64,000 bases of DNA from an uncultured virus (IMG/VR IMGVR_UViG_3300020440_000013) (IMGVR_UViG_3300020440_000013); one strand, 5' to 3'; positions 41,285 through 51,515 are shown, numbered from the stretch's first letter. Made by a program: numbers and translations. The notes: generated from the sequence alone by a model not told the origin.

Positions 41285-42703
41285 TTAATATTGGAATAAC
41301 CAGGAGCCATTTGGATATTCGCCTTCGAAACTTAATATCCATTCATCGTTATCAAATTTGTATTGTACACCGGTATTTAGGTTAGTAGTATAAACAATAT
41401 TTGCAGACGAGTCATCGGTGCTTGAATCAAATACAACGTGCCATTTAGAACCATCCCATTCAATAATATCATTTGCACCAGCTATGAAGTTTGAATTATC
41501 TGCATTTTTCCAAGCATCTGCACCATCAGTATTAGAAGAATCTCCTATAGCATCAAGTAACAATATTCTAACACCTGCAGTTTTTAGACTCTCAGGATTG
41601 CTTTTTTGTGGATCAATTATATAATTTATTTTATTGTTATCACCAGTAGGACCATGTATTATTGTATCAGCTGGAAAAGTATCACTGTCCCAATTTATAA
41701 TTAAACGTCTTTCATCTGTTGTGTCTATTGCAACAGTGCCACTAACAACGGTGTTAATATCTTTTCGTCTTAGTTGTATTTGTGTAACACCTGCTATGTA
41801 TTTTTGCGGCACAGCTTCAAACCATGATGTCCATGTAGTTTCACCTGCAACACCATTATTCACAAGTTGTGCAGTATTACCCATTACAAGTAAGTCAAAG
41901 TCGTTGTAATTTGTACCTAATGTTCCTATAGTATTTGGATATGTAATTTTTTTAGTTGTTGTAGTAGTACCGTCTTCACTTGTTAACACTTGTCGAACTT
42001 CAGCCATACCATAATCAGTGTCAACAAGTTGTATTGTTTCGTTAAAAATATTTGTTATAATATTTGTAATTACTCCTAAGCGTTTTACTTTTGCTGGAGG
42101 ACTTATATAGATAGGTGTTTTTAATGTTAATGTTGCTACGTCAATTTCGCTCTCTGTACCCATAGGTATACTTCTACTAGTAAAATTAATTCCTTCTAAA
42201 TTAACAACAGTTAAACTTGTCCAGTCTATGTAATTGTCTGTAGTTTGTATTTCTAAACTAGGATTAAACAATACTAATACTTGTTCTAGTATTTGTAATT
42301 TTTGTTCAGTATTAGTTGACCATATATCAACATTTACTGATAGCTGATAAGGTGTTGGCATTAAACGTTCTACTGTATAATTTTTACCTTGCTTGTTTAG
42401 ATATAATTGTGTGCCATCGTCATAATCTTTTTCACGTACATTAACTTTACTAATATAACTTGCATCAGCAAGACGTGCAGTGTCTAATTCTAACTCAGTC
42501 ATATAAACTGCCATACGCGGAGCACTAGGAATTTTATTCTCTGAATTGTCTCTTATTATACTACCAACTTGACGTGTTAAATCGCCGTATACAACAGGAA
42601 TTTGTGTTAGGGCACCTTTACCATCCTTGTAACTAATATTGCTTACTAGCCTTACTAGTTGCGTTACATAGCGCCTTATTTGTCCGTCATAGAAATGTTG
42701 CAT
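41285..42703 (-). CDS. gp15: Tail completion/sheath stabiliser, T4 gp15-like, with C-terminal extension
   Basis: 'IPV.YG...P.M...MPTPY.L...DIW....Q.LQILEQ.L..FNP'. Confidence 0.75.
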   Translation of the reverse strand: MQHFYDGQIRRYVTQLVRLVSNISYKDGKGALTQIPVVYGDLTRQVGSIIRDNSENKIPSAPRMAVYMTELELDTARLADASYISKVNVREKDYDDGTQLYLNKQGKNYTVERLMPTPYQLSVNVDIWSTNTEQKLQILEQVLVLFNPSLEIQTTDNYIDWTSLTVVNLEGINFTSRSIPMGTESEIDVATLTLKTPIYISPPAKVKRLGVITNIITNIFNETIQLVDTDYGMAEVRQVLTSEDGTTTTTKKITYPNTIGTLGTNYNDFDLLVMGNTAQLVNNGVAGETTWTSWFEAVPQKYIAGVTQIQLRRKDINTVVSGTVAIDTTDERRLIINWDSDTFPADTIIHGPTGDNNKINYIIDPQKSNPESLKTAGVRILLLDAIGDSSNTDGADAWKNADNSNFIAGANDIIEWDGSKWHVVFDSSTDDSSANIVYTTNLNTGVQYKFDNDEWILSFEGEYPNGSWLFQY

Positions 42704-43851
42704 TAATTATCTGCCTTTGGTCTAAGTGCTTTTGATAGGCTTTGTCTTTCAGGAACTTGTTTTCCACCTATAGTATTTGTAGCTGTATTATTAATAAACG
42801 TACCTTTTTGTGTGTTACGATTATCAGTATTAGTAAGAGTCATTCTTACATTATCTTCATATTTAACCCATCTTGTACCATCATATCTAAATAACCGGTT
42901 TGGAGCAAAATCTGTACGTAGGAAAAAATCACCTGTTGCACTACTTAACGGAAAAGAAATACCGTGTCCAAAGTTACTTCCGTCTGGTACTCCACCGTCT
43001 CCTAATAAGTAGCCATTATATCCTTCTTTTGCAGGACTTACAGAGCTTGTAGTAACAGTACTACCATCGTCACCAACTGTTTCAGTAAGACTTGTGTTGC
43101 CTTTACTGTCAGTTGAAAGAGTATAATAATGACTTATGTCATAACCACTTTTTGGTGCGTCAGCTTCTGCTTGTAATACAACAGCATCATTAATTTCTTT
43201 TTCTTTATTATATGTAGATAATACATCACGTAAACTAGGGCCACCACCTAAATCATCTTCTTTAGCTGCTCTATCTAATATATCTTTGTATTCTTGTGAA
43301 TCTACTATTTGTTTTAGTTTTAATCTGTATAAATGCGGATACCAAGTTTGTGTAAATCCTTCTGCAGCTCTTGTTACATCTTCTATAACATAAAATCTTT
43401 TAAGAGCTACGTCAAAATCATTTAATGCGTATTCGTCTTTTAAATGTGGTAATTCTATTACATCACCTGACATCAATTTTCTACCAAGAGTTTTTACACT
43501 GCTTCGTATATGTACAGTCATAAACAATGTATCATTACTTAAAAATAAACCAAACTGGCTTAAATCAAAATCAATATCTTGAACATTGTAAATACCACGC
43601 ATTGAGTAGATGTCGGAATCATATTTTCTATCTCTATTTTCTAAAAATAGTAAATCTTGTATATTTGTTTCATCTAATATATCACGTTTAGGTTGATCAG
43701 CAGTTGCATCCTCTTCACTTGGACTTTCTGGCCCTAAGTATTTGTGGACGTGAATGTCTGTTCCACCTACAGTGAACATTTCGTTAATTTGACGATCTAA
43801 AAATTCATAGTCGTTACTTTTATTTGGTTTATATAAACTAAGTCTTGGCAT
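42703..43851 (-). CDS. gp14: Neck/head-closure protein, T4 gp14-like
   Basis: 'LSQFGL...D.LF...GD.I.LP' motif; sits between gp13-like and gp15-like genes; start MPRLS at 43851. Confidence 0.65.
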   Translation of the reverse strand: MPRLSLYKPNKSNDYEFLDRQINEMFTVGGTDIHVHKYLGPESPSEEDATADQPKRDILDETNIQDLLFLENRDRKYDSDIYSMRGIYNVQDIDFDLSQFGLFLSNDTLFMTVHIRSSVKTLGRKLMSGDVIELPHLKDEYALNDFDVALKRFYVIEDVTRAAEGFTQTWYPHLYRLKLKQIVDSQEYKDILDRAAKEDDLGGGPSLRDVLSTYNKEKEINDAVVLQAEADAPKSGYDISHYYTLSTDSKGNTSLTETVGDDGSTVTTSSVSPAKEGYNGYLLGDGGVPDGSNFGHGISFPLSSATGDFFLRTDFAPNRLFRYDGTRWVKYEDNVRMTLTNTDNRNTQKGTFINNTATNTIGGKQVPERQSLSKALRPKADN

Positions 43852-43856
43852 ATACA

Positions 43857-43877
43857 TATTTATCGTAACGATAAATA
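43857..43877. promoter_or_regulatory. Back-to-back divergent late promoters (TATTTATCG-TAA-CGATAAATA)
   Basis: Perfect 9-bp inverted repeat containing GATAAATA on each strand, between divergent neck genes. Confidence 0.8.
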
Positions 43878-43898
43878 CAATGACGGAGAACTATTTAC

Positions 43899-44657
43899 AT
43901 GAGTAGCCTAAAAACACAAAAACAAGAAGTATTTGATTATGTCTATGCCCTATTAGGTGGAGGTATGGTTGATGTAGAGCTAGATCCAGTGCATTATGAA
44001 ACTGCATTAGGAAAAGCACTAGGAAAATTTAGACAACGTAGTGATAACAGTGTTGAAGAATCATACATGTTTATGCCAACTGTAATAGATCAAAATGAGT
44101 ACACATTACCAAGTGAAGTAGTTGAAGTTAGAAAATTATTTCGTAGAAGTGTAGGATCAAGAACAGGTGGTGGCGATGGCGGAACACTATTTGAACCTTT
44201 TAACTTAGCATATACTAATACTTACTTACTATCAAGTAGTAATATGGGCGGACTAGCTACATATGATATGTTTAGTCAGTATCAAGAACTAGTAGGACGT
44301 ATGTTTGGATCATTTATAGAATTTAAATGGAATACACAAACTAAAAAATTAACACTACTGCAACGCCCAAGAACAGAAGAAGATTTATTATTGTATTGCT
44401 ACAATTACAGAGGTGACGACCAATTACTAGACGATTACTTAGCAAAGCAGTGGATTAAAGATTATACACTAGCTAATTGTAAATATATGTTAGGTGAAGC
44501 ACGTTCAAAATTTGCTACTATATCAGGGCCGCAAGGAGGTTCAACTCTAAACGGTGATGCACTTAAAGCCGAAGGTACAGCTGAAATGGAAAAATTAGAA
44601 GAAGAACTTAAAACAGCAGTAGCTGGCGGTGTTGGATACGGCTTCACAATTGGTTAA
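43899..44657 (+). CDS. gp13: Neck protein, T4 gp13-like
   Basis: 'LGG..VDVEL', 'WIKDY.LA..K...G..R.KF...GP.GG..LNG'. Confidence 0.8.
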   Translation: MSSLKTQKQEVFDYVYALLGGGMVDVELDPVHYETALGKALGKFRQRSDNSVEESYMFMPTVIDQNEYTLPSEVVEVRKLFRRSVGSRTGGGDGGTLFEPFNLAYTNTYLLSSSNMGGLATYDMFSQYQELVGRMFGSFIEFKWNTQTKKLTLLQRPRTEEDLLLYCYNYRGDDQLLDDYLAKQWIKDYTLANCKYMLGEARSKFATISGPQGGSTLNGDALKAEGTAEMEKLEEELKTAVAGGVGYGFTIG

Positions 44658-44664
44658 AAAACAC

Positions 44665-44693
44665 TTGACATTAGATAAGTTTTAAAGTATAAT
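44665..44693 (+). promoter_or_regulatory. Consensus sigma70 promoter TTGACA-N17-TATAAT
   Basis: TTGACA 44665-44670; TATAAT 44688-44693. Confidence 0.85.
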
Positions 44694-44719
44694 AATAAAA
44701 TTATATGGAGAAACAACAA

Positions 44720-45331
44720 ATGATTGTAGGTGTATGCGGCTTAATTGGCAGTGGCAAAGATACTATTGCTTCTTATCTTATTGAAGAACACGGATATCAA
44801 AAAATAAGTTTTGCAGACAAATTAAAAGATTCTGTTGCAGAGCTATTTGATTGGGATCGTGAAATGCTTGAAGGTCAAACAGACGATTCGAGAGAGTGGC
44901 GAGAACAACCAGATAAATTTTGGACACAAGAAACAGGTAGAACAATTACACCAAGATTAGTATTACAAGAATTTGGTACTGAGTGTATGCGTAACGGTTT
45001 CTTTGATGGTATTTGGGTTAGCTCTACTAAACGTATACTAATTAATAATCCTCATAAAAACTTTGTTATTCCAGATGTAAGATTTCCTAATGAAGCATTA
45101 ATGTTGCAAAAAGTAGGAGGTCAAGTTTGGAGAGTAAGAAGAGGCACAGATCCTGTTTGGTTTAGAATGTATCAAGACATTGGAGTAGAACCTAAAGATA
45201 TTCATCCTAGTGAATGGGCTTGGGCTAATACAAATTTTACAACAATATTTGATAATAACAGTACAATTGAAGATCTTAAAAATCAGGTACAAGGTCACCT
45301 TGCTTCCACTTTACACCCTGTTTCTGCATAA
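44720..45331 (+). CDS. gp1: Deoxynucleoside monophosphate kinase (T4 gp1-like)
   Basis: 'G..GSGKDT', 'SFADKLK', 'PR..LQ..GTE..R', 'I.DVRF.NE', 'H.SE'; SD GGAG favours ATG 44720. Confidence 0.9.
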   Translation: MIVGVCGLIGSGKDTIASYLIEEHGYQKISFADKLKDSVAELFDWDREMLEGQTDDSREWREQPDKFWTQETGRTITPRLVLQEFGTECMRNGFFDGIWVSSTKRILINNPHKNFVIPDVRFPNEALMLQKVGGQVWRVRRGTDPVWFRMYQDIGVEPKDIHPSEWAWANTNFTTIFDNNSTIEDLKNQVQGHLASTLHPVSA

Positions 45332-45611
45332 TACGCTGACAGTTAGCACATACAGTTTTTAAGTTATTAAATCTACAATTATTTAAATCACCGTCAATAT
45401 GGTAAACATTAAACTGTTCAGTGTGTTTACTTTTAAATCCGCAACGTTCACATTCTTGTTTCTTTTCATACCCTTTTTGTTTCCATTTAGGTATGCCGTG
45501 ATTTAATCCATTGCGTAAACATTTCTCGCACAAACTTCTATAAAAGGTTTTAGTTCCTTTTTTATAATTTATAGCAGCAGGTCGTTGTCCGCACTTGCAT
45601 AAAGGTCTCAT
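45276..45611 (-). CDS. Zinc-binding HNH endonuclease-like protein
   Basis: 'CERCG...HIDGD..N....NL..VCANC' with an N-terminal Cys cluster. Confidence 0.7.
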   Translation of the reverse strand: MRPLCKCGQRPAAINYKKGTKTFYRSLCEKCLRNGLNHGIPKWKQKGYEKKQECERCGFKSKHTEQFNVYHIDGDLNNCRFNNLKTVCANCQRIMQKQGVKWKQGDLVPDF

Positions 45612-45720
45612 ATTGTATTTACCTCACCTTTTCGGTGCCTTTTTATGGGGGTATATTATAGGGTTTTTGAAAATAAATGCTAAATAGTTATAACAAATCG
45701 TATCCAATAGGAGAAATATA

Positions 45721-48700
45721 ATGGCATTAACATCACCAGGTGTACAAGTAAGTGTAATAGACGAAAGCTTCTACACCCCAGCAGAACCGGGAACAGTCCC
45801 AATGGTTTTTGTTGCATCGGCAGAGAACAGATTAAACAGTTCGGGCACAGGTACAGCAACAGGAACATTAAAAGCAAACGCAGGTAAGCCTTTCTTACTT
45901 ACTTCGCAGAGAGATCTTTCAGAAACTTTTGGAGATCCAGTATTTAAAACAGATTCAAATAACAACCCAATACACGCAGGCGAGCTTAACGAGTATGGTT
46001 TACAATCTGCATATTCATTCTTAGGAGTGAGCAACAGAGCATACGTTGTAAGAGCAGACTTAGATACAGCTCAATTAGAGCCAACTGCAATAGCACCAGC
46101 GGCAAATCCAGCAGCAGGAACATATTGGTTTGATACACAAGTATCACTATTTGGTATTCAACAATGGAACGGTAGCGCCATTACTACTACTGGTGGACAA
46201 AGTTTCACTAATAAAGTTCCTAGAATGATTACAGCAGCTAGTGACACTGATTCAGGCTCGTTAGTTACAAACGGATACGAAGGCATGAAACCTAAGAGCA
46301 GCATTGGTGCTGTTGGTGATTATGCTATTGTAGCAACAAGCACATTAAACAGATTATACTACAGAAACACAAGCGGTACATGGGTATTAGTAGGTAGTGA
46401 TCCTTGGTCAAAGAGTTGGCCAACAGTTAAAGGCACACTTGTTAATCCTTCATTTAGCGGATCGAGTTCGTTTACAATTAACGGTACTGTTGTTTCTGTT
46501 TCAGGTTCAGATACAGTAACTGATGTTGCAGCAACAATTAACGGATTGTTAATTTCAGGTGTAACAGCTAGTGCTGTTGACGGAAGATTAGAAATTTACA
46601 GTGATGGAACAGGATCGGCTGCAGGTGATTCAACTGCCGGCGGTAACATTGATGTTGTTCAAAGTTCAGGAACTGCTTTAGGATTATTAGGTATTACAGC
46701 AGGAACTTACTATCCACCAGCATTACAAATTTCAGGACATACATCAGTTCCAGAATTTAAGTCAAGCGACACTTATTCAAGACCAACAGGTAGTGTATGG
46801 TTTAAAACTACACAACCTAACTTAGGTGCAAGAATAAGAATTAAAGAATGGAACGATCAAACACTTTTATGGGACGCTGTGGAAGCTCCAATTTACGACA
46901 CTAACGAAGCAGCACTTTACGGTTTAGATAAAGCTAACGGTGGAAGCGGTATTGCAGTAGGCGATGTATTTGCTAAATCAAATACAGCAGGTGACACACA
47001 ACCTCTTGCAACGTTTACTTTATACCGTAGATCAAACAGTGGTGTTACAAGTATTACTAGTAGCAAAGTAATTGCAGGAAGCCTAGGTTCAGGATCTAAG
47101 AGTTTTAATATTAAAGCAACAGATGCTGGGCAAACTTCTTGGGGTACAACTAGTACAGTAACATTTACAGCTGGCGGTGTTGCAGGTGATGCAAGTTTAC
47201 TTGCAGGTGCAATCAATGATAAAAATATTGAAAACGTAAGTGCATCAGTAGATACGCAGAATAGAGTTGTAATTAGTCACTCACAAGGTGGCGATATACA
47301 CCTAACAGACACAAGTGGTGCATTAGCTGGTATAGGTTACGCACCATATGTTAGTGCAACTAGTGGTACTGTTGGCTTATCATATGCAGACGGAACTAAC
47401 TCTAGCACAAGTCCAAATCAATTTATTGCAAGTAACTGGGCAGTGTTAACTTACACAGCATCAGACAATGCACCTACAGCAACAGCAACTAACGGCCAAC
47501 TTTGGTATAGTTCAGTTGTTGATGAAGTAGATTTACTTGTACACAACGGTACAACATGGGTAGGTTACTTATATAACGGTGGCACATCAGGAATAACAGC
47601 AAGTCCATATTACAACGCTGATGCATCATTAACACCAGACCCAAGTGGTCCAATTGTTAGTGCATCAGAACCAACTGTACAGTCAGACGGTACTGCACTT
47701 AAAACAGGTGATATTTGGATTAGCACAGCAGACTTAGAAAACTATCCAACAATGTATAGATATAATGCGGCACTTGCTTCAGGATTAAGATGGGTACTAT
47801 TAGATAGCAGTGATCAAACATCAGAAGATGGTATACTATTTGCTGATGCAAGATATGCTACATCAGGTGGTACTGCTTCTTTATTAGAAGCTTCAAGCAT
47901 TGAAGATTTACTTAACAGTGCTTACTTAGACACTGATGCTCCAGATCCAGCACTATATCCAAAAGGTATGTTGTTATGGAATACTAGACGTTCAGGATTT
48001 AACGTTAAGAAATTTGTAAGAAACTATGTTGATGTTTCTACAGACAACACAAGATATGCACCAGGTGGAAGCGATGAGAGCATGGACAGTTACTATCCAC
48101 ACAGATGGGTAACTGAGTCAGGTAATCAAGAGAACGGCGCAGGTAGCTTTGGACGTAAAGCACAACGTAAAGTTGTTGTACAAGCGTTACAAGCAGTAGT
48201 TAATAAAAACGATGACATTAGAGATGATGAGTCAAGATTATTCAACTTAATGGCAACACCAGGATATCCAGAACTAATTGGTGAAATGATTAGCTTGAAT
48301 AACGATAGAGGATTAACAGCATTTATCGTAGGTGATAGTCCGTTTAGACTAACACCAGATGCAACATCACTTAATAACTGGGCAACTAACGTAAACAAAG
48401 CAGTAGAAGATAACGACAATGGATTAGTAAGTAGAGATGAATACTTAGGTGTATTTTATCCAGCAGGATTCACAAGTGATAACTTTGGTAGAAATGTTGT
48501 AGTTCCAGCTTCGCACATGATGTTAAGAACTATTGCATTAAGTGATCAAGTTAGCTATCCATGGTTTGCACCAGCAGGCACAAGACGTGGCGGAATCAGC
48601 AATGCAAGTTCAACAGGTTATATTAATAGCGAAGGCGAATTTACAGCAGTAGCACTTAATGAAGGACAAAGAGATACATTATACAGCAATAACATAAACC

Positions 48701-49092
48701 CAATTACGTTTATTACAGGTGCTGGACTTGTTAACTTTGGACAGAAAACTCGTGCAAGAGCAGCTAGTTCTTTAGATAGAATTAACGTAGCACGTTTGGT
48801 TATCTACTTACGTAGTCAACTTAATCAACTTGCTAAGCCTTACATCTTTGAGCCAAATGATAAAATCACACGTGATGAGATTAAACAAGCGGCTGAAAGT
48901 TTAATGCTTGAATTAGTAGGTCAAAGAGCGTTATATGACTTCTTAGTAGTATGTGATGAATCAAACAACACTGCATCTAGGATTGACAAGAACGAACTAT
49001 ATTTAGATATTGCAATAGAACCAGTAAAAGCAGTGGAGTTCATTTACATTCCATTAAGACTTAAAAATACTGGAGAAATAGCAGGACTTTAA
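45721..49092 (+). CDS. gp18: Tail sheath protein (gp18-like) with large insertions
   Basis: 'SPGV.V..ID.S' N-terminus; 'PWFAPAG..RG', 'LY...INPI', 'GQKT', 'DRINV.RL', 'CDE.NN...ID.N.L..DI..P....EFI'; GCTAAATA at 45679-45686. Confidence 0.95.
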   Translation: MALTSPGVQVSVIDESFYTPAEPGTVPMVFVASAENRLNSSGTGTATGTLKANAGKPFLLTSQRDLSETFGDPVFKTDSNNNPIHAGELNEYGLQSAYSFLGVSNRAYVVRADLDTAQLEPTAIAPAANPAAGTYWFDTQVSLFGIQQWNGSAITTTGGQSFTNKVPRMITAASDTDSGSLVTNGYEGMKPKSSIGAVGDYAIVATSTLNRLYYRNTSGTWVLVGSDPWSKSWPTVKGTLVNPSFSGSSSFTINGTVVSVSGSDTVTDVAATINGLLISGVTASAVDGRLEIYSDGTGSAAGDSTAGGNIDVVQSSGTALGLLGITAGTYYPPALQISGHTSVPEFKSSDTYSRPTGSVWFKTTQPNLGARIRIKEWNDQTLLWDAVEAPIYDTNEAALYGLDKANGGSGIAVGDVFAKSNTAGDTQPLATFTLYRRSNSGVTSITSSKVIAGSLGSGSKSFNIKATDAGQTSWGTTSTVTFTAGGVAGDASLLAGAINDKNIENVSASVDTQNRVVISHSQGGDIHLTDTSGALAGIGYAPYVSATSGTVGLSYADGTNSSTSPNQFIASNWAVLTYTASDNAPTATATNGQLWYSSVVDEVDLLVHNGTTWVGYLYNGGTSGITASPYYNADASLTPDPSGPIVSASEPTVQSDGTALKTGDIWISTADLENYPTMYRYNAALASGLRWVLLDSSDQTSEDGILFADARYATSGGTASLLEASSIEDLLNSAYLDTDAPDPALYPKGMLLWNTRRSGFNVKKFVRNYVDVSTDNTRYAPGGSDESMDSYYPHRWVTESGNQENGAGSFGRKAQRKVVVQALQAVVNKNDDIRDDESRLFNLMATPGYPELIGEMISLNNDRGLTAFIVGDSPFRLTPDATSLNNWATNVNKAVEDNDNGLVSRDEYLGVFYPAGFTSDNFGRNVVVPASHMMLRTIALSDQVSYPWFAPAGTRRGGISNASSTGYINSEGEFTAVALNEGQRDTLYSNNINPITFITGAGLVNFGQKTRARAASSLDRINVARLVIYLRSQLNQLAKPYIFEPNDKITRDEIKQAAESLMLELVGQRALYDFLVVCDESNNTASRIDKNELYLDIAIEPVKAVEFIYIPLRLKNTGEIAGL

Positions 49093-49095
49093 ATT

Positions 49096-49103
49096 GATAA
49101 ATA
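49096..49103 (+). promoter_or_regulatory. Late promoter GATAAATA
   Basis: Upstream of tail tube gene with SD AGGAG. Confidence 0.7.
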
Positions 49104-49126
49104 ATACTACAATAGGAGCAAATTAA

Positions 49127-49753
49127 ATGGCAGTTTCAACATTATCAAATATTACAGTACCTTTAGCAGGGGGGCAAAGTGCAACTACTCAAGGTTTGTT
49201 GATGCCGAAGCTTCAATATCGCTTTAGGGTGTCACTTGAAAACTTTGGTGTTAGTACACCAACTACAGAACTTACAAAACAAGTTATTGATGTGACTCGT
49301 CCTACGGTAGCGTTTGAACCAATACAAATTGATGTATACAACTCAAAAGCATACTTAGCAGGTAAACATACTTGGTCACCAATTACACTAAACTTACGTG
49401 AAGACGTAAACCGTGAAGTTCAAAAACTTGTTGGTGAGCAGTTGCAGAAACAATTCGACTTTTTCGAACAGTCAAGTGCAGCATCAGGACAAGATTATAA
49501 ATTTACAACACGTATTGAAATCTTAGACGGTGCAAATGGAAACACAACTCCAACAGTACTTGAAACGTTTGAATTATATGGTTGCTTTGTTACAAATGCA
49601 AACTACAATACATTAGCATATGCTAACAATGAGCCAGTAACAATTACACTAGAAATGCAGTATGATAACGCTATTCAGACAGATGCTGAAGGCGGAATTG
49701 GTACAGCAGTAGGTAGAGCCGGTGGATCTTTGATCACAGGCGGCGGATCTTAA
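49127..49753 (+). CDS. gp19: Tail tube protein (gp19-like)
   Basis: Follows sheath; 'YRFRV', 'AGKH.W..IT', 'E.FELYGCF', 'I....YDNA'. Confidence 0.85.
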   Translation: MAVSTLSNITVPLAGGQSATTQGLLMPKLQYRFRVSLENFGVSTPTTELTKQVIDVTRPTVAFEPIQIDVYNSKAYLAGKHTWSPITLNLREDVNREVQKLVGEQLQKQFDFFEQSSAASGQDYKFTTRIEILDGANGNTTPTVLETFELYGCFVTNANYNTLAYANNEPVTITLEMQYDNAIQTDAEGGIGTAVGRAGGSLITGGGS

Positions 49754-49775
49754 ACTAGGTATTATAACATTACAC

Positions 49776-49807
49776 AATAAAGGGGCTTTTATAGCCCCTT
49801 TATTTTT
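49776..49807 (+). terminator. Intrinsic terminator
   Basis: AATAAAGGGGCT-tttat-AGCCCCTTTATT followed by T run. Confidence 0.85.
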
Positions 49808-49842
49808 ATCTACGTACTTTATTATTTCGGATAAATATTAGT

Positions 49843-51138
49843 ATGGGAAAGTTCAACGGATTTTTAGATAACATAGCAGACGGCCTTACTAATCCTAAGG
49901 GCAACTTAGGAGATTGGGCACACGCTAGACGCCTTTATGTAGATGATAATCTACGATTAGCACCTAAGCAAAAATTCTTATATCACTGTCATTTTACATT
50001 AGATCCTGTAGTTAGATCTATTATTCCTGATCTTGTTGACAAACATAACTTAGAAATAGGTATGCTTGTAAAGTCTGCAGAGTTACCTAAGTATTCAGCG
50101 GCAGTAGAAACAAAAAACAAGTATAATAGAAAAAAGAATATACAAACAAATATACAGTACGAACCAATTACTATTACATTCCATGATGATAACTTTGGTG
50201 TTACTACTGCATTATTAGAAGCGTATTATAGATATTATTTTGCTGATGCAAACTATGGTACTATGCCTGGAGCATACAGTAAAACAGCAGGAGGAATGGA
50301 CAACACATACTTAGGTAGTGGAAGAAATCAAGATAAATTTGGTTTAGATAATAATATAAGTGTTCCATTTTTTCAAAATATACAAATTTCACAAATGGCT
50401 AGAAAGTCATTTACTACACATACTTTAGTAAATCCAATTATTACTAACTGGCAACATGATTCATTAGATAACGGTGATGGTAGTACGACACTAGTTAATA
50501 CCATAACACTCTTATATGAAGCAGTTTGGTATGATCGAGGTGAAGTACAAGCCGGTGCAAACGGAAGTCCAAAAGGATTTGGATCACCAGATCATTACGA
50601 TAGAGTACCTAGTCCAATTACAATTATTGGCGGCGGCCAATTAGGGTTAGGCGGTATCTTTGGTACTGCAATAGATTTATATGATTATATAATGAAGGGT
50701 AAAAACTTTAGTAATCCGTTACAAGCAGGATTAGCTGCTGTAAACTTAATAGGTAATATACGTAACTTATCTAAAGAAGGACTACGCCAAGAAGGATTTA
50801 ATTTACTTACAAAAGCAATAGGCAGTGCAGCAGGAGTAGATGTATCAGGAGTACAACGTACATTTTTTCCAAAGTCTAGTAATGGCGGAGGTAAAGCAAA
50901 AGACTTAGCAATAGCAACAGCAGTTGTAGCAGGTGGATCGTTTGCTGTTAATGCATTTCAAAAAAATCAAGCACGTAACGGAAATGCAAAAGTTGCAGAT
51001 AGTCTTGGATTTAAAAGTTATCAAAAAACATATCAAACAGCCGGGGGCACAGGTGGAGTTAACGGAGCAAAAACATCTTGGGAAAATTTAAACTCATCTG
51101 ACAAACAAACATATATAAACGAAGCAATAGGAACTTAA
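49843..51138 (+). CDS. Tail tube-related/baseplate tube initiator (gp54-like) protein
   Basis: 'LVKS.ELP', 'Y.PITITFHDD', 'L.NP.IT.W....L' tube-fold motifs; adjacent to gp19. Confidence 0.6.
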   Translation: MGKFNGFLDNIADGLTNPKGNLGDWAHARRLYVDDNLRLAPKQKFLYHCHFTLDPVVRSIIPDLVDKHNLEIGMLVKSAELPKYSAAVETKNKYNRKKNIQTNIQYEPITITFHDDNFGVTTALLEAYYRYYFADANYGTMPGAYSKTAGGMDNTYLGSGRNQDKFGLDNNISVPFFQNIQISQMARKSFTTHTLVNPIITNWQHDSLDNGDGSTTLVNTITLLYEAVWYDRGEVQAGANGSPKGFGSPDHYDRVPSPITIIGGGQLGLGGIFGTAIDLYDYIMKGKNFSNPLQAGLAAVNLIGNIRNLSKEGLRQEGFNLLTKAIGSAAGVDVSGVQRTFFPKSSNGGGKAKDLAIATAVVAGGSFAVNAFQKNQARNGNAKVADSLGFKSYQKTYQTAGGTGGVNGAKTSWENLNSSDKQTYINEAIGT

Positions 51139-51139
51139 T

Positions 51140-51514
51140 ATGGCGCAAACAAACTTACCAGTAACTCCAGCAAAGAAAGGAAGCGATAGTGATGTAAAGA
51201 ATTTCTTTAATCAATACTTTACAGAAAAACTTTCATTTCCATCTAATGATGTAGATGCAGTTATAGGATTTTTTGAGTCAAGAGATTTTGAACGGACTGC
51301 GGCAATTAGTGTTGCTACAGCATTATTAGAACAAGCAAAAATAGACGATGTAAAAGTATTTAAATTACTTGATACGCTTAAAGGATTAGACAATGTACAA
51401 CTTAGCGTAGTAGTAGGAGAAGTTTTAAACTTTAATAGATCTAAAACATCTACATTAGGTTTTAAACGTGATAGTAATGTATCTAAACTTGAGCAACGTA
51501 ATGTAAAGGTATAA
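51140..51514 (+). CDS. Hypothetical protein
   Basis: 124 aa ORF within the operon. Confidence 0.6.
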   Translation: MAQTNLPVTPAKKGSDSDVKNFFNQYFTEKLSFPSNDVDAVIGFFESRDFERTAAISVATALLEQAKIDDVKVFKLLDTLKGLDNVQLSVVVGEVLNFNRSKTSTLGFKRDSNVSKLEQRNVKV

Positions 51515-51515
51515 G

